A stretch of DNA of 64,000 nucleotides from Gnetum montanum (lineage: Eukaryota > Plantae > Gnetophyta): positions 62,001-126,000 of the forward strand of contig MNCI01001758.1 in the NCBI GenBank assembly GCA_015680685.1, written 5' to 3'. The translations under genes and the position numbers were made by a program. Under the pieces are notes generated by a model. The model searched no databases. It worked only from the letters and a program-made list of their open reading frames with translations, and was not told the DNA's origin. The stretch's first letter is position 1, and each line of letters starts with the position of its first letter. This document shows, piece by piece, positions 12,056-25,518 of this stretch.

Positions 12056-14145
12056 GAGATGACGATTCATGGGGTTCTTCACCAGGGGCTGGCCATTTGA
12101 AGACTCCCATGATCCACGGTTCACTTAACTATAGAATTTTTTCTCGATCTCACCAAGGAAAATGTTTTCACGTCTGGATTCCTACAATGATGAACCTGCA
12201 AACAGAAATTACCAAACACCGCAGCGCCTAATGCCAACGTGTTCGTCATCGTCATTACCAATCCATCAATTGCGGCTATAGAGACACGAAGACATAGCGA
12301 GACAGGTGCACAACTAAATCAGTGGAACTGGGAGATTATTTAGCTAATGAATCAGGGTTATGGCTTATTCTAAAGAAAATCATCATCACTGACAGCAAGT
12401 ACAAAACCTGAACACGTGAAATCGAAGTAACAAAATAAAATTCCAATTTCATATGGTTTGGTGGCTAAAAATAATTTTAGCATATTTTCTGACATGCAAA
12501 ATAAAATAAAATGACAATTCTATGGAGCGTTTATTGTATGGAGATCTTGGCTTTATTTCCTAAAATTATTATATAGGTTGTGACTTATGAAAGAAATATT
12601 TGTAAAGTTTGTAAAGACACATGCCAATGTTAGCATGATTTTCTCCTAACTTCATGTATAAGTTATAACTTCCTAACTTGTTGGGCAAGTAATATCTCCT
12701 AACTTGTTGGGCAAGTTATAACTTCCTTACTTGGAAAAGAAGTTACCCAAGATATTTTATAATATCTAACTACCTATGAAATCATATAAAAAGGCTTCAA
12801 GGGTCTTGGTGGTAAAAGGGGGGAGCGGGGGGGGGGCAGGAAGAGCATTGGAAAAGAAGACATTGTGAAAGATTGCTTATAAGATGACTTGTTAAAGAAA
12901 ATATTTTAGCCTCTTTGTTATAGTGCTGTGAGTTATGTTTATTTTTTTTTATTTTTTTTTAAATTGTTTAGCTAGTGGTTTAGATAGTATCATGCTTGGA
13001 AAGTAATTTTGGGATTTTTAGATTGCTCTTATTATTCTTGTTACGTGATAGAAAATTTCTATTAAAATTTTTCCATAGAAGAGCTTGTGTTTGAAAGCCT
13101 TAAGAGAATTTTAGTAGTGAATTTTATTATTGTGCAATGTATAAGAACTGCTATTGAGATTCTTGTAAGAGAGCCTCTGCATGTAGTCAAGCCATTGAAT
13201 GATTCAATAGTTAAGAGGGTTCAAAAAATCTTTGGTATTTTCATAGGACCAGAATAGCTTCTTTCATCTTTAAAGTGAATCTCCATGGTATTTCAATCAT
13301 AAATTATCAAGCCTTTTGAAGGTTCTATTGAATGCAATTGTGGACATCTATTATCTAACCACAATAGAGTCTGGTACGTGATAGTTTACGTAGCAATTTT
13401 TTGGGTAGCATAGTGGGATTGTCTTGATGAAATTGCTTATTTGAGCCTTTGAAGTTTGAACAATTCATAGTTATTGAATTTGGGATAGCTTTATTGTGAA
13501 GTGTTTACTCATATCATTTTACCTTGTTTAAAAATTTGAGATCTTTACACAAATTTTCTTTCTTTTTCTCTTCTTTCTATTTCCATTGAATCTCGCTCTG
13601 TTTCTAGTTTTCTTGTGGAACTATCTCTTTCTATGGGGAAAATTAGAAGTAGATTTGCAGAGTTGTGCTCAAATGTTTGTTGCAAAACTTTATTTGTTAC
13701 AAGTAGGTATTATAAGGACTACATAGACTAGGTAATTGAACAAAATAGGAACTCTCAATGACTGACCGTACTTTGCAAAGTTGGATGCATCTCTTTTAGA
13801 TAAGTAATTTATAGTTTTACACATAACCCAATCATTTCATTTTTCATAACATCACACCACAACAACACACACACATACTCACATTAAATACTAAGTCTAT
13901 TTGAAGGTATCTAGGCCTTGGTGTTGCCAAAGATCAGCAAGCACATAAATCTTGTTTGAGGACACTTGTTGGCGGTCGCGTCCCAAACGGTCGCCAATAA
14001 GAGGACCATTGTGGATAGAAGAACCAGTGTGAATGAAATGTTTGTTTACTATTTTTAGTAACTGGAATGGTTTCAATGCCTTGGGGATGTCAAAACTTAC
14101 CTCAAATAGTATATACACTAGAATCAAACACCTACCACACCAACA

Positions 14146-14913
14146 TGTGACATTAATCTATTAGAAATCATGGCGAAAGTTTACAACCAAAGTTCAATAG
14201 ACATATAACCTATATAAACCAACTTCAAACACCATGAAAAGGCTTCACCTCTTTTGAATTTATAGGCTTTTTAAACTTTGAGAAAACAATAAGCTATTTA
14301 ACCAAATTCTTGAGCATGAAACTTGTAGCCATTTTGAACCACTCATAACCTTGAGGCTTACGTAAGAATTTTTGGAGCAATGTTGGGCTACTTGGACATT
14401 AAGACTCCCAATGTAGTAGCCCCCTTTGTGATAGATGTTCTTAACACACCTTATCCCTTATAAGAGATGTTATAGATCTATGAAAAAACCTACAAGGTGT
14501 TTTAGTTTTGGAAGTTAGGGAGTCCCTAGATCGTGTAGCTAACTATGGTGTGCAAAACCACTAGCTTCAATAGGCTCCAAACTACATCAAAGCAAACCCC
14601 TCATGCACCTAGGCACCACCTGTACACTTTTCAAGCTTTTTTTATTCACAATATTTTCATTGTAATGAATTTCATAGTTCATTTCCTATGCAAGTTATCA
14701 AAGTTTTTATCTATGCATTAATTTATATAAGATCTATATTACTTTTTATCATTGTTTTTACCCCTATTTACAGTCTTCAAATCCCTGGGTAATTAAGGAG
14801 ATAATCCACAACACCTTAGATCATCTTTATTAGAGGTCCTTGGGTCCAAGATCAAAACTATTCAATGCATGTGATTTTTGGTTTTCCAATGACCAAATTT
14901 TTCAGGTGCAACA
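14146..14913 (-). mobile_element. Probable 5' LTR of a minus-strand element; its unidentified internal region (14005-14145 and 1-1270) was split by element 1
   Basis: Minus strand reads TGTTGCACC...TGTCACA followed by a TGG-initiated PBS-like tract. Homology to the Tat family starts right after 14913. Confidence 0.55.
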
Positions 14914-17900
14914 TCAGCCAACTAGAGGTTAAAGATTAGAAAATATCAAAATTTAGTTTTATGGATAAATCCCATATGCCAAGTAAGATGAGTAAGCTAA
15001 CCTTTTTCTAAAGAGTTTAATTGATTCAAAAATTCTTTTATTATTAACTAACTAAGACTTTAAGCTAATCTAATCTTTGTAGACCTAAATTTTGATTCTA
15101 TGAGTTAGCTTTAAAATGGTTCTACAAGCCATGTTAGATTTTGGTTTAGAATAAGTTCATAGAACCAAAATTTGCTTCTATAAGAAAGCTCTAAAATAGT
15201 TCTATGAGCCACATCATCTGTTGTATAGCATAACCTTGTAGAATAAAAAAAATAATTTGGTTCTACAAGGAAGGCACATCATCATTTAAAGATAGAGAAT
15301 GTATCTTGTAGAATCAAAAAATAGTTTGACAAGTGAGCCCAAAAATGATTCTAACATGTTAGCATTGGAAAAGTTAATGAGCTCATAGAACCTAAAAACT
15401 TGATTCTATAAAGAAGCTCTAGAGAGACTCTACCACATCAGCACTAGCAAAGAATATGTTTCTAGAACCAACATTTGGTTCAACAAACAAAAGTTAAGAT
15501 GGTTCTACAAGACACATCAAAATTGAAAAGAGCTTTACATTAGGTCCACAAGAGATAATGATCACAATTGCACAAATACTTATTATACCTTTTAATCCAC
15601 CTAAGCATGTTAAGGATTAGATGAACAAAGATTAAAAAGCCAAGGACTATAATGTAGCTCATAGAAGTAAATTTTGGTTCTATGAATAAGCTCCAAAATA
15701 GTTCCAGGAGTCACATCAACTCTTGTAAGCATGGTTTGTAGAACCAATATTCAGCTCTACAAATAAGATAAAAAATGATTCTCAAAGCCATCTTAATGTC
15801 AAAGGTAAAGAACATACACTTGGAAACTACTAAGAATTATTCTACACATAGCTAAATTTAGTGTTAATCTAGCTTCTCTAAACTTGACATTAAAAAGGTT
15901 TTTAAGGATTTAAAAAGAACCCAAAAGCCATGTAAGCTCAAAATATAAGAAAATCTTGTAGAACCAAAAAGTCGTTCTACAAGCTAGCTATAAAGCCATT
16001 TTACCATGGTAGCTCAAACTTAAAGGAAAAAGCTCATAGAATCAAAAAGAAGATCTACAAATTAGTACTACAAGATAAATTAAGATAAAGAGCTTCAATT
16101 TAGGAATTTAAATATAGAACTTGCTAGATGTACATTCTAACTTGATTCCAATATAGCTTAACAAATCAAAAATAAAGAAAAAGATAATTAAGATATATTG
16201 AAGCCTAATTAAAAGCCATGTTAGTAGAGGTTCTATAAAACAAAAAAGTGGTTAGATTTCTCCCTCTAGTAACTTAACTAGATTTTGAAGGAGAAAAGCA
16301 ATCTTAGGTAACTATTTAAGTGCCATGTTAGCATTAGTAAAATAAAAATATTGAAATAGCTTGTTAATAGAACTAAAAAGGTAGTTCTAAAAAGTGGTTT
16401 TACTTATATGCCACATTATCTTAATCACTGTTAAGAGAATATTAAGAGCTAGATTAATAAAAGTAAGCTAAATATTTCTTATTAAGCCTATAATTATTAA
16501 ATGGCGATGATAGAGTAGCTTAGAAAAATCAAAATTTATAACATGTATTGAAATCCAATTCAAACATTCTATCCTCAACTTAGAAACTTAAAAATGAAGC
16601 TTTATGTATTAATGGAGAAGCTTATTTAGTATTTTAAAGTATAGAATCATTAGCAAATATAGTTAAGCATTGAAGCAAAGCAATAGCTATAATTCAATCA
16701 CTAAGAATAGCTTTCCTAAAGTTCTTTAAGTTCTAGTCCAAAATATTTCATAAGGAGAAGGAAGAACCACCTCAACATTTTCAAGATATTGATACATTCA
16801 GCTTCTCTAACTACCTATAACATTTCAATCTAAATATATACAAGCTTTGATAATGGATTAATTTTTGGCACTTAGAAATAGAAGTAGAAGAAAAATATTT
16901 ATTCTACAATGATGAGAACCATGATTTAATAAAAAATACATAGCTCCAAGCTATAGAAACAATGGAAATTGGCAAGAAATCTACCAATAGATAGGTCTCC
17001 ATAAGCTAGATTTCAAGCATACATTGAACAATATAAGGAATGTCATATATCACTTGATAGTTAAAACTATTTATGAGAAGAGTAACCTTTTCTTTAGGGG
17101 AAATATGAAGCACTACATGGACAATTGTGTTAGAAAGGCATATGGGCTCTATGGTCTCATAGAGACCAACATAAAAGAAGTAGAAGCTCATTAATACAAT
17201 GAGGATATGCTCAGCAACAAGCTTTGAGCTCGTCCAAAAATAGGCAAAGTTTTCAAGCTCTTATCAACAAATTTCCAAAAGCTTAGGTAAATTACAACAT
17301 AATTTCTAAAGGTATGGAATACAAGTTTCTATAGAGAATCTTTATTTCAACTTTGGATTTTTATTTGAGATGTCAAAAAAATATGGTTTTTGATTATCAT
17401 GTTTGGGTTTGGGTATCTTTATAAAATAATAAAAAATTCTTCCTTGTATAGTATATAAATGATGTATTACAAAGTATCTTAGCAAAGATTTATGAACAAG
17501 GGGTTGAGGTAAATTTAAGCTCATTCTTAATGGATTGTTTATTAAGTAAGATTCTTAAGCCTAAGAGAACAAACCCAATTTTCTCTAGTTATGCATCACA
17601 ACATAGGACTCGACCTAAGAATCCCTATTATGATTTTTTTCTAGTAATATATCAAAAGATCTATTTTGATTCCAAAGCCCTAGAATTTTTAATGAGACAT
17701 ATATAACCTCATTTATTTAAGTTCATTTTTAGAGCTTCCTCACATCAAATAGATTAGAATAGTGTTAATGAAATAAGAAACAAATGCCATGGAGCTAATT
17801 TTCTACATGCCTATTATACTCAGATTTTAATAGTAGGGTTTAAGGGGCAAACTTTTAAGCTTTCAAGTTTTGTAGCTCTATATCTTGCAACATTAGAAGT

Positions 17901-19650
17901 GGGAAGACAAATGTGGATGCTCCCATTAAGACATGATTACAAGTATAAGAAAATATTTTCTTTGAAATTTGGCTTCTTGGAATTCAATAATGTACAACAA
18001 CTAAAGAGCAAGAAGAAGAGATATAAAGAGAAATGTCAATTTCATTTAGCTCTAAAGAGTATTTATTCAACTGCCAAGACATGCAAGGTTATTTAGCATA
18101 ATGAAACATACGTGGTCTACTAGAGAGATACAAACAATAGGTCAACCAAGCCAAGGATAAATTACCAAAGAAGTTGAAAAGAATCTTGTCTATGAAGCTT
18201 TTAACCTCTACTTTTGATCAACTAGTCATTAAAGTTTGTAGATGGATGGAAAGAATAGATCATCCTTTGGCTGAAGATTTTTCTAATGAATAGTTAGCTC
18301 TAATGGAAGAGAATTATTTCTCATTAAAGATATAAGATCCTAAAGAGGTTATGCTTGATGGAAGTTTCCCAATGAGTAGAATTGAATATGCAAGGGTGAA
18401 GGTAGTCAAAAAGATAAGGATTACAAGAATAAAGGCTACTAAAGAAAAGTAGCAACCAGAACTTATAAAGTAGTAGTAGTAATAGGAGCTACTAGTGAAA
18501 CAAAGACTACAAGAGATATAGTAAAAATAAAAGAAGGAATGAGAGATTATTATTAGTTCTAATAACTTTATACTTCCTTGCAAGCTACTTAATGAAAAGA
18601 TCAAATCGGTCCTTCAAAGTTAAGAAAATAGAAGGAACGGTCATCCTTAGTTAAAAGCTCCCAACTAAGCTAAAAACTAAAGTGAGTATCATATTTCCTT
18701 ATAAGAATGATAATCCTCAAATTGAAGGTTAAAATATAGCAATTTTATTGAAATATATGGGACAAGTAGCCAATAGTCAAATAGCTAAGCTCAAAGAATT
18801 CTTGGTGTAAAATGAACAAGAAATAGCTAGATCAAGAGAAGAGTCAAAGAGTTCCATAGATGAAAATGAGAAGCTCAAGACTATGATCACTATTAAATAA
18901 TTTTTTATAGAAATTAAAGAGCAAGCTATGATACAATTAGAAGAGAAGCTAGCTATTGTGAGCTCTACGTTAGAATAGGCTAAAAAGGACAAAGCTCCAA
19001 ATTAGTCTTACTTGATGAAGTAAAAGTTTCAAGAGTTGATTGCTGAAATTAATTACAATAAGGAATTTATACATGAGACTAAAGCTAAAATTAAATAAGT
19101 AAAGAAAAATCAAGCCATTTTGGCTAAGATGGAATAAAGAGCTCAAGAATTGATCAGAATAGCTACATAGAAAAGAAATTTATTACCTCAATTCAAAAGA
19201 TATTTTTTGGATAACATGATGAAAAAAATTATAATAATAATGGCCAAGATGACTCAAAAGAATTTGGAGTTGAAATAAACTTACTAAACATTAGGAACAA
19301 CATTGAATGAGCTAACTGATTCATTGCCTAAACTAGGAACTAGTGAGATAGAAGCTAAAAAGGTTATTAAGAAACTTGAAAATACTAAGCTAACTACATT
19401 GAATTAGACTGTATAAGCTCTATTAAATTATGAGAAGTTAGCTTAGCAATTACCAATAGAAGGGTGCTAGATTTAGAGAATCAAAAAAGCTTATTAGGAA
19501 GTTGAACAACTATCCAACAACTTGTGATGAGTGAGGAGAATATGAAATTGATTAAACCATGATTCCGTAACTATTGTAACTACCAAAAGCTACTATATAA
19601 ATATTTGGGTAGATCTTAAATGAACATTTAGGAGGGGAAGAGAAAACATA
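14914..19650 (+). mobile_element. 3' internal part of old Tat element A (repeat array plus long decayed extra ORF)
   Basis: 14914-17107 aligns by eye with ~36895-39037. Ends in PPT AGGAGGGGAAGAGAAAA (19630-19646). Confidence 0.75.
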
Positions 19651-20264
19651 TGTGGAGAAGCTTGTAAATACTACTTACATACTAGAATTTTAAATAAGTT
19701 TAGCTTATCTCATTTAGTTTTTCCTCAATTTCTATTAAAATTAGATGGCTTTTCTTACTTGTTTATCTTAATTATGTATAGCTATATTTAAGTGAATGGT
19801 AAGTTTTAGAAGAAGTTATTTAATTTAGAAGCTGACATTTAGCTTATTTTTGTTATTCTAGTTGAATGGGATAACTTCTATAAGTGTCAGTTTTGAGTTA
19901 GTTTAGCATAGAATTGTGTCATCTTTTGTTCAATTTTCATCTTTACAAAAAAATTTTGAATATTAGGTTCATGCTCTATTTTGAAAAAATTTTGTAATTT
20001 GACTTTGGGAAGTTTTCTAATTAAAAATCTTTAATTTTCATCATTAAGTTGAGGGATAGCTAAAAGGGATAGTCATTATTCATATACAAGATAATAGTTT
20101 TTTGAAGTTTTTTATTATTAATATAGATTTAGCCATATTTATCTCTTTTATACCAATAGAAGTTATCTGGGGGTATTTCTGTCTTGGTGGAACTAGAGAC
20201 TAGCAACCACCTAAAAAATGTTATCTAGACTACTTAGGAATGGGATCATGTTCTTACTCTAATA
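19651..20264 (+). repeat. LTR shared between Tat A and Tat B
   Basis: Runs TGTGGAG...CTCTAATA. PPT upstream; decayed tRNA-Asn PBS TAGTGTTAAAAGGAAGG at 20272-20288, differing by transitions only. Confidence 0.7.
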
Positions 20265-20738
20265 GTTTAACTAGTGTTAAAAGGAAGGCTAATAGAGGGA
20301 TATTGGAACTTATTAAGGAATATTAGATAATATTAGGTTAAATTAGATCATAAATTAGGTTAAATTAGTAAGTTTGACTTTAGCTCATGTTGGACCTTCT
20401 AGTAGGCAAGAAGATTTTAAAATCCCAAAAAATCTATTCAAGCTTAAGATTGAAACAACATCAAAAGAAGAATCAAATATCATCATTAGAAATTTATCTA
20501 GTCGATTAAGAATAGGAAAAATTAGTATCTCACCTTTAATTAAAGGCTTATCTTTCAAGAGGAAAGCTAGATAAGAAAACAAGTTCATCTATTAGAACTT
20601 AGAATTTGCAAATAATTGCTAATTGTCCTCTTGTGAATCTATTCCATTTTCCTACATCTTTGATGTTTAATACATATAATGAAATTACAAAAGCTAATTA
20701 TAAGTATTTACTGTAGTCATATATTCCTAGTAATTCTT

Positions 20739-23700
20739 TGTAACCCTTATATTACTAAAGGTTAATAATCTTTATCCTTGTATGCAGAATGGCTGAGGAT
20801 GGTTAATAATAATAATATTAATTTTTATATGCATACTTAATTTTTTTTACCATACGATAATAATGTTTACTTATTTTTACCATTATGCATGATTAATGAT
20901 TTTTACCTATCATTGGTATACACTAACTAGGTGAGTGCATTATGGTAGGTTCTCATGAAGGCTTTGACATGGGCATGGTATGGCTATGATGGCATGACAT
21001 GTGATTTATCCATGTAAATTATAATTTGAATTTTAACTTGGTTATTGATAAGATTAAAGGGGAGAAAGGTAGATGAGTCACATGGGTCTTGGAACTAGAT
21101 GAGAGAGGGTAGCTAGGTCACATGGGTTGGGGGTAGATGGAGTAGGAAAGAAGCATTTAAGTACCACACACTCTCTTAATCCAAAGCATTCTTTGCCTCT
21201 TAGCTCTTGGGTTGGAGGACTTTTAGGTGGGAAGAGTGTGAGGAGCTTGTTGAGAACATGGGAAGACTCATTTAATCGAATCTCGTAACATTTTGGGTGA
21301 GTAACCTTGGCCCCCATTTCTTGGTTATTTCAATTCATCAAGTTTTGCATGAATCAAGGTTGGGTCTTTTTTTAAGTAATGGAAAATCATATATTTCTAT
21401 CATGTTTTTAAGGGGTATTACTACCAAGTTTTAAATCTATAATTTCAATGCTAGATTTTTTGTTTTTTCTTATTTAAAGTACTTTCTATGAACTTTGTAT
21501 TTTGAGGGTTTAGGATGATTCATATAGTGCTTGGTAAAATGCTCACATCTCTCTCTATACTTTGAATCTTGTTACGATCTACGTGATATTTCTTAAGAAA
21601 TTATATACAACGTGGATGAAGGAATCAAATGCTAATTCATTGTAGATAAGGCATTACATGTTATTCTTCTAACGTTGTCTATAATCGCAACAAATTTAGT
21701 AAGGTCTAGAGTTACGGATATACTTCTATTTGATATGTCTTTGATTCTAAAATTTTGATATGATAATTAAAACATATATAATGTCTAGATCATTATGGAA
21801 ACACTAGAAATTAGCTTTTGTAGTTAGAGTTATGATTCCATCTTTTTGTGTTTTTTGAATTTACGTAGAAATTTAATATAGAGAATCATTTGTTAATAGC
21901 TCCTTATCTGTAGCTCAATTTCTTTTGAAATTTTTATGAGGCCTAGACTTGGATGTTATATTTCCAACTAAAGTGGAAGGAGTTGAATAGATAATGTTTT
22001 GTATAGTTATATGATATTTACTATCAGTCACTCATTCTGTGTCTACTTTTGATTACCTACAATGTTGGACTAATATCTATTGCTGTGAATCTATAATTAT
22101 TTAAATATTTTTACAATAACTATATTTTAATAGTAACTGATTATGAATATTATCTTTCAAATGAATCATTAATTATGAGGAAATTTGTAGGGATGTCTGA
22201 GTTATGTGAGTTTCATTTGTGATTATTTAGTTTGCCTATTATCTAGTAAATCATAGTTTGAGAAAAATTCTTGTGAAGTTATTGGAAGATGTGTATCATT
22301 TTCTAATTTGGATCCTTAGATTTTATATATATCTTTTTAATTTTTTGTTGGATATTACCCATTGTGAATTTTTGAAAGGATATGACTTTTAATTGATTAT
22401 GAATCTTTGAACATTTGGGACATGTATTTTACTGAGCTTGGTCTTGTGGTTGGGTGTTGAAATTTTGGAGGATTTGAATTCCTTGAATATGTCTTATAAC
22501 CTTGATTGATTGGATTTTTTTGGATTCTTAGACAATTTGATTTGTTAGGACATGCTAGATTATTGATCCAGGAATTGTTGCAGAACTTGTTAGATTGTTG
22601 GGATTCGGATTATGCTATGACATGTTGGATTGATGGTTCTTTTGTTGGCTTATGTAAAAATGATGTTGAGTCCCTCCACCATCAATGTTGATTTTTCATC
22701 TTTTTATGATTGTGAGATGGCTAGATAATGCTATGGTTTTATTTTTTGTTATGTGTTTAGATGATGAAGCTAGCACCAAGTTTGTGGCTAGTTGAAATAG
22801 TAGTGGATCCTACTAAGATAGTAGTCATTAGGGATTGGCCTATTCCTAAGGATGTTAGAGAGGTTTGTAGCTTTCTTAGCTTGAAAGGTTACTATCAGAG
22901 GGTTGTTGAGAACTTCTCTCACATTGTTTTAGATCTCATGAATTTATTGCAAAAGGACATTGGGTTAGTTTGGGATCTTCATTATCAAGCTACTTTAGAG
23001 GAGCTCAAGAGTAGATTAACTTCAACTTCAATCTAGGTTACACCTAACCTAGGTAAACCCTTTGATGTATGCATGCATGCATCATGAGAAGGAAATGTAT
23101 GTGCTTTTATGTAGAAGGACAAGGTGATAGAATATGCCCAAAGATAATTGAAGGTTCATGAGACATGTTATCTCATCCATGATCTAGAGTTGGATGCAGT
23201 GGTATTTACCTTGAAGGTTTGGCTTCACTACCTCGTTGGAGAGAATTGATAATTCGGACTAATCATAAATGGCTCTAACATCTAATGACTCGGCCACAAT
23301 TGAAAGTATGACATTGAAAATGAGTAGAGTTATTAGCTGACATTGAATTTACCATCTAGTATCAGCCAAGCAAAAGTAATGTGGTTGCAAATGCTTTGAG
23401 TTAGATGACTAGTAAACTCTATAGCCTTGTGATCTAGTTTGATGTGCTAGATGATATCTAGGTAGAGTAGGGACATGATCCCTATTGTCTATAGCTTAAG
23501 GGATCTAGTGATTCCTTAGTCATAATGGATGCATTGGAATTTCTTCGACATAAGGATTGAGTATGTGTATTTATTGCCTTGTGGTAACGTTTGTTGGAGG
23601 AGGCTCACCTTAGTCGACTTCAAATGCATTCGAGTAGTGACAAAATGTAACAAATGCTAAACAAGTTATACTAATGGCTAGGAATGAAGAAGCAAGTTAG

Positions 23701-25518
23701 AGAATTTATAGAAGTACTTAATTTTTCATCAAGTTAAGTTAAAGCATCAATGACCAAGTGGCTACTTGTACCCTCACATAATTCTAGAGTAAAACTAGAA
23801 GGTAATTGGTATGAACTTCATTACCAAATTGCCTCGCACTAAGGCTAGTAAGGATGCTATCCTTGCAGTTGTTGACTTATTAACAAATTATGATCACTTT
23901 CTTACTACAAGGACTTTAGCTAGTGCTAATAATGTAGCACTATTATTTACCAATGATATTATTCGACTACACGACATTCCTACCAAGACTGTGTTAGATC
24001 ATGACGTCAAATTTACCTCTCAATTTTGGAAAGCTTTTATTACAAGCCTAGGAAGTAGGTTGAACTAGAGTTTACCATATCATCCTTAGATAGATGGATA
24101 GGTTGAATGAGTTAACCAAGTGCTAGAAGACATGCTTCAAGCATGCAGTTTATAGTTTTCATACTCTTGGGATAATACGTTACCATTAGCAGAGTTTTCC
24201 TAGAATAATAGCTATAACGTGAGTTTGAAGGTGGCATCATATGACATCTTGTACAATAGACATTATAGAACATCATTATTCTAGGATGCATTTAAGGATG
24301 GATAAAAGAGTAGCTCTAACATTATCCTTCACACCATGGAGTAAATAAAGGTAATTTGGGAGTGGCTCAAGGCTGCTTAAGATCATCAAGTAAGCTATGC
24401 AAATTGTAAAAGGAGACCTCTTGAGTTTGTAGTAGGAGACAAGGTGTTCATTTGAATGTCTCCACTAAAGGGCTTGATGCACTTTAGGTGGAAAGGTAAA
24501 TTGACACCTCGTTACATTGGTTCCTTTGATGTTTTGTAATGTATTAGAGAGGTGGCATATCAGGTGAGTCTACCATCATAACTCTCTAGCATGCATGATG
24601 TATTCCATGTATCCATGTTGCAACATTATATTCTTGATGAAAGCCATGTAGTAGATCGATTAGAAGTGCAACTTGAGACTAATGCTTTCCATGGTGAACA
24701 TCTAATTAAGGTTATAGATCACATGGTATTTTAGCTCCATAGCAAATCAGTTCAAATGATGAAGGTCTTGTGGAGTCATCATGATTCTCAAGAATCAACT
24801 TGGAAACTTGAGTCCAATATGTATGTAACCCATTTTGAAATCTTCCAAGAGGAAAATTCTTTTAGGGGGGAGGGGGGAGAAGATAATAACCCATATTTTA
24901 GTAAAGGTTAATAACCTTTTTCTTTGTATGAAGAATGGTTGAGGATGGTTAATAATATTAATATTAATTTTTATATGCATACTTAATTTTTCTTACCATA
25001 TGATAAATTTTTATTACTCATGTTTACTTATTTTTATCATTATGCATGATTAATGATTTTTACCTATCACTAGTGTGCACTAACTAGGTGAATGAGTTAT
25101 GGCAAGTTCTCATGAATGCTATGGAATGGACATGGTATGGCTATGATGGCATGACATGTGATTTATCCATGTAAATTGTAATTTGAATTTTAACTTGGTT
25201 ATTGATTCTTTATGTAAGATGTTTAGATAAGATAATTATGGAATTTATAATATCATTGATGTAAGAATTATTTTAGCATATGTTTATAATTTAAATATTT
25301 ATTACTTATATATATATTCATCTTAATATTAAAATATATCATTTGTTTCCATTATCTTGTTGTTTAATCTCTTCTTTCTCTTGGTCATGGCTTAACCATA
25401 CTTCCTTTTGCTATGTTAGAATGAACCAATTTCATTACTCTGCCATGACCAACATTTGTTATCTATTTTTACCCCACATAATGCTCTTTGTCCTAAGGGT
25501 AGGAAAGAGGGTGTTATA
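20739..25518 (+). mobile_element. Internally deleted chromovirus (Tekay/Del-like) inserted in gag of Tat B
   Basis: LTR start TGTAACCC at 20739 is repeated at ~24885 after PPT 24864-24883. Ends GGGTGTTATA; TSD TTCTT/TTATT. Contains VDPTKI..DWPIPK, HDLEL, MNFITKLPRT and chromodomain KVLWSHH..ESTW. gag, PR and most of RT are missing. Confidence 0.88.

Larger units (their letters stand above)
1271..13999 (+). mobile_element. Full-length, decayed Ty3/gypsy Tat-lineage LTR retrotransposon (element 1), gag-PR-aRH-RT-RH-INT
   Basis: Two homologous LTRs start TGTTGGCACA (1271, 10879). TSD AGAGG at 1266-1270 and 14000-14004. PBS, PPT and pol motifs are in the expected order. Confidence 0.95.
10879..13999 (+). 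repeat. 3' LTR of element 1 (~3.1 kb)
   Basis: Runs TGTTGGCA...CGCCAATA and is followed by TSD AGAGG. Confidence 0.95.
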
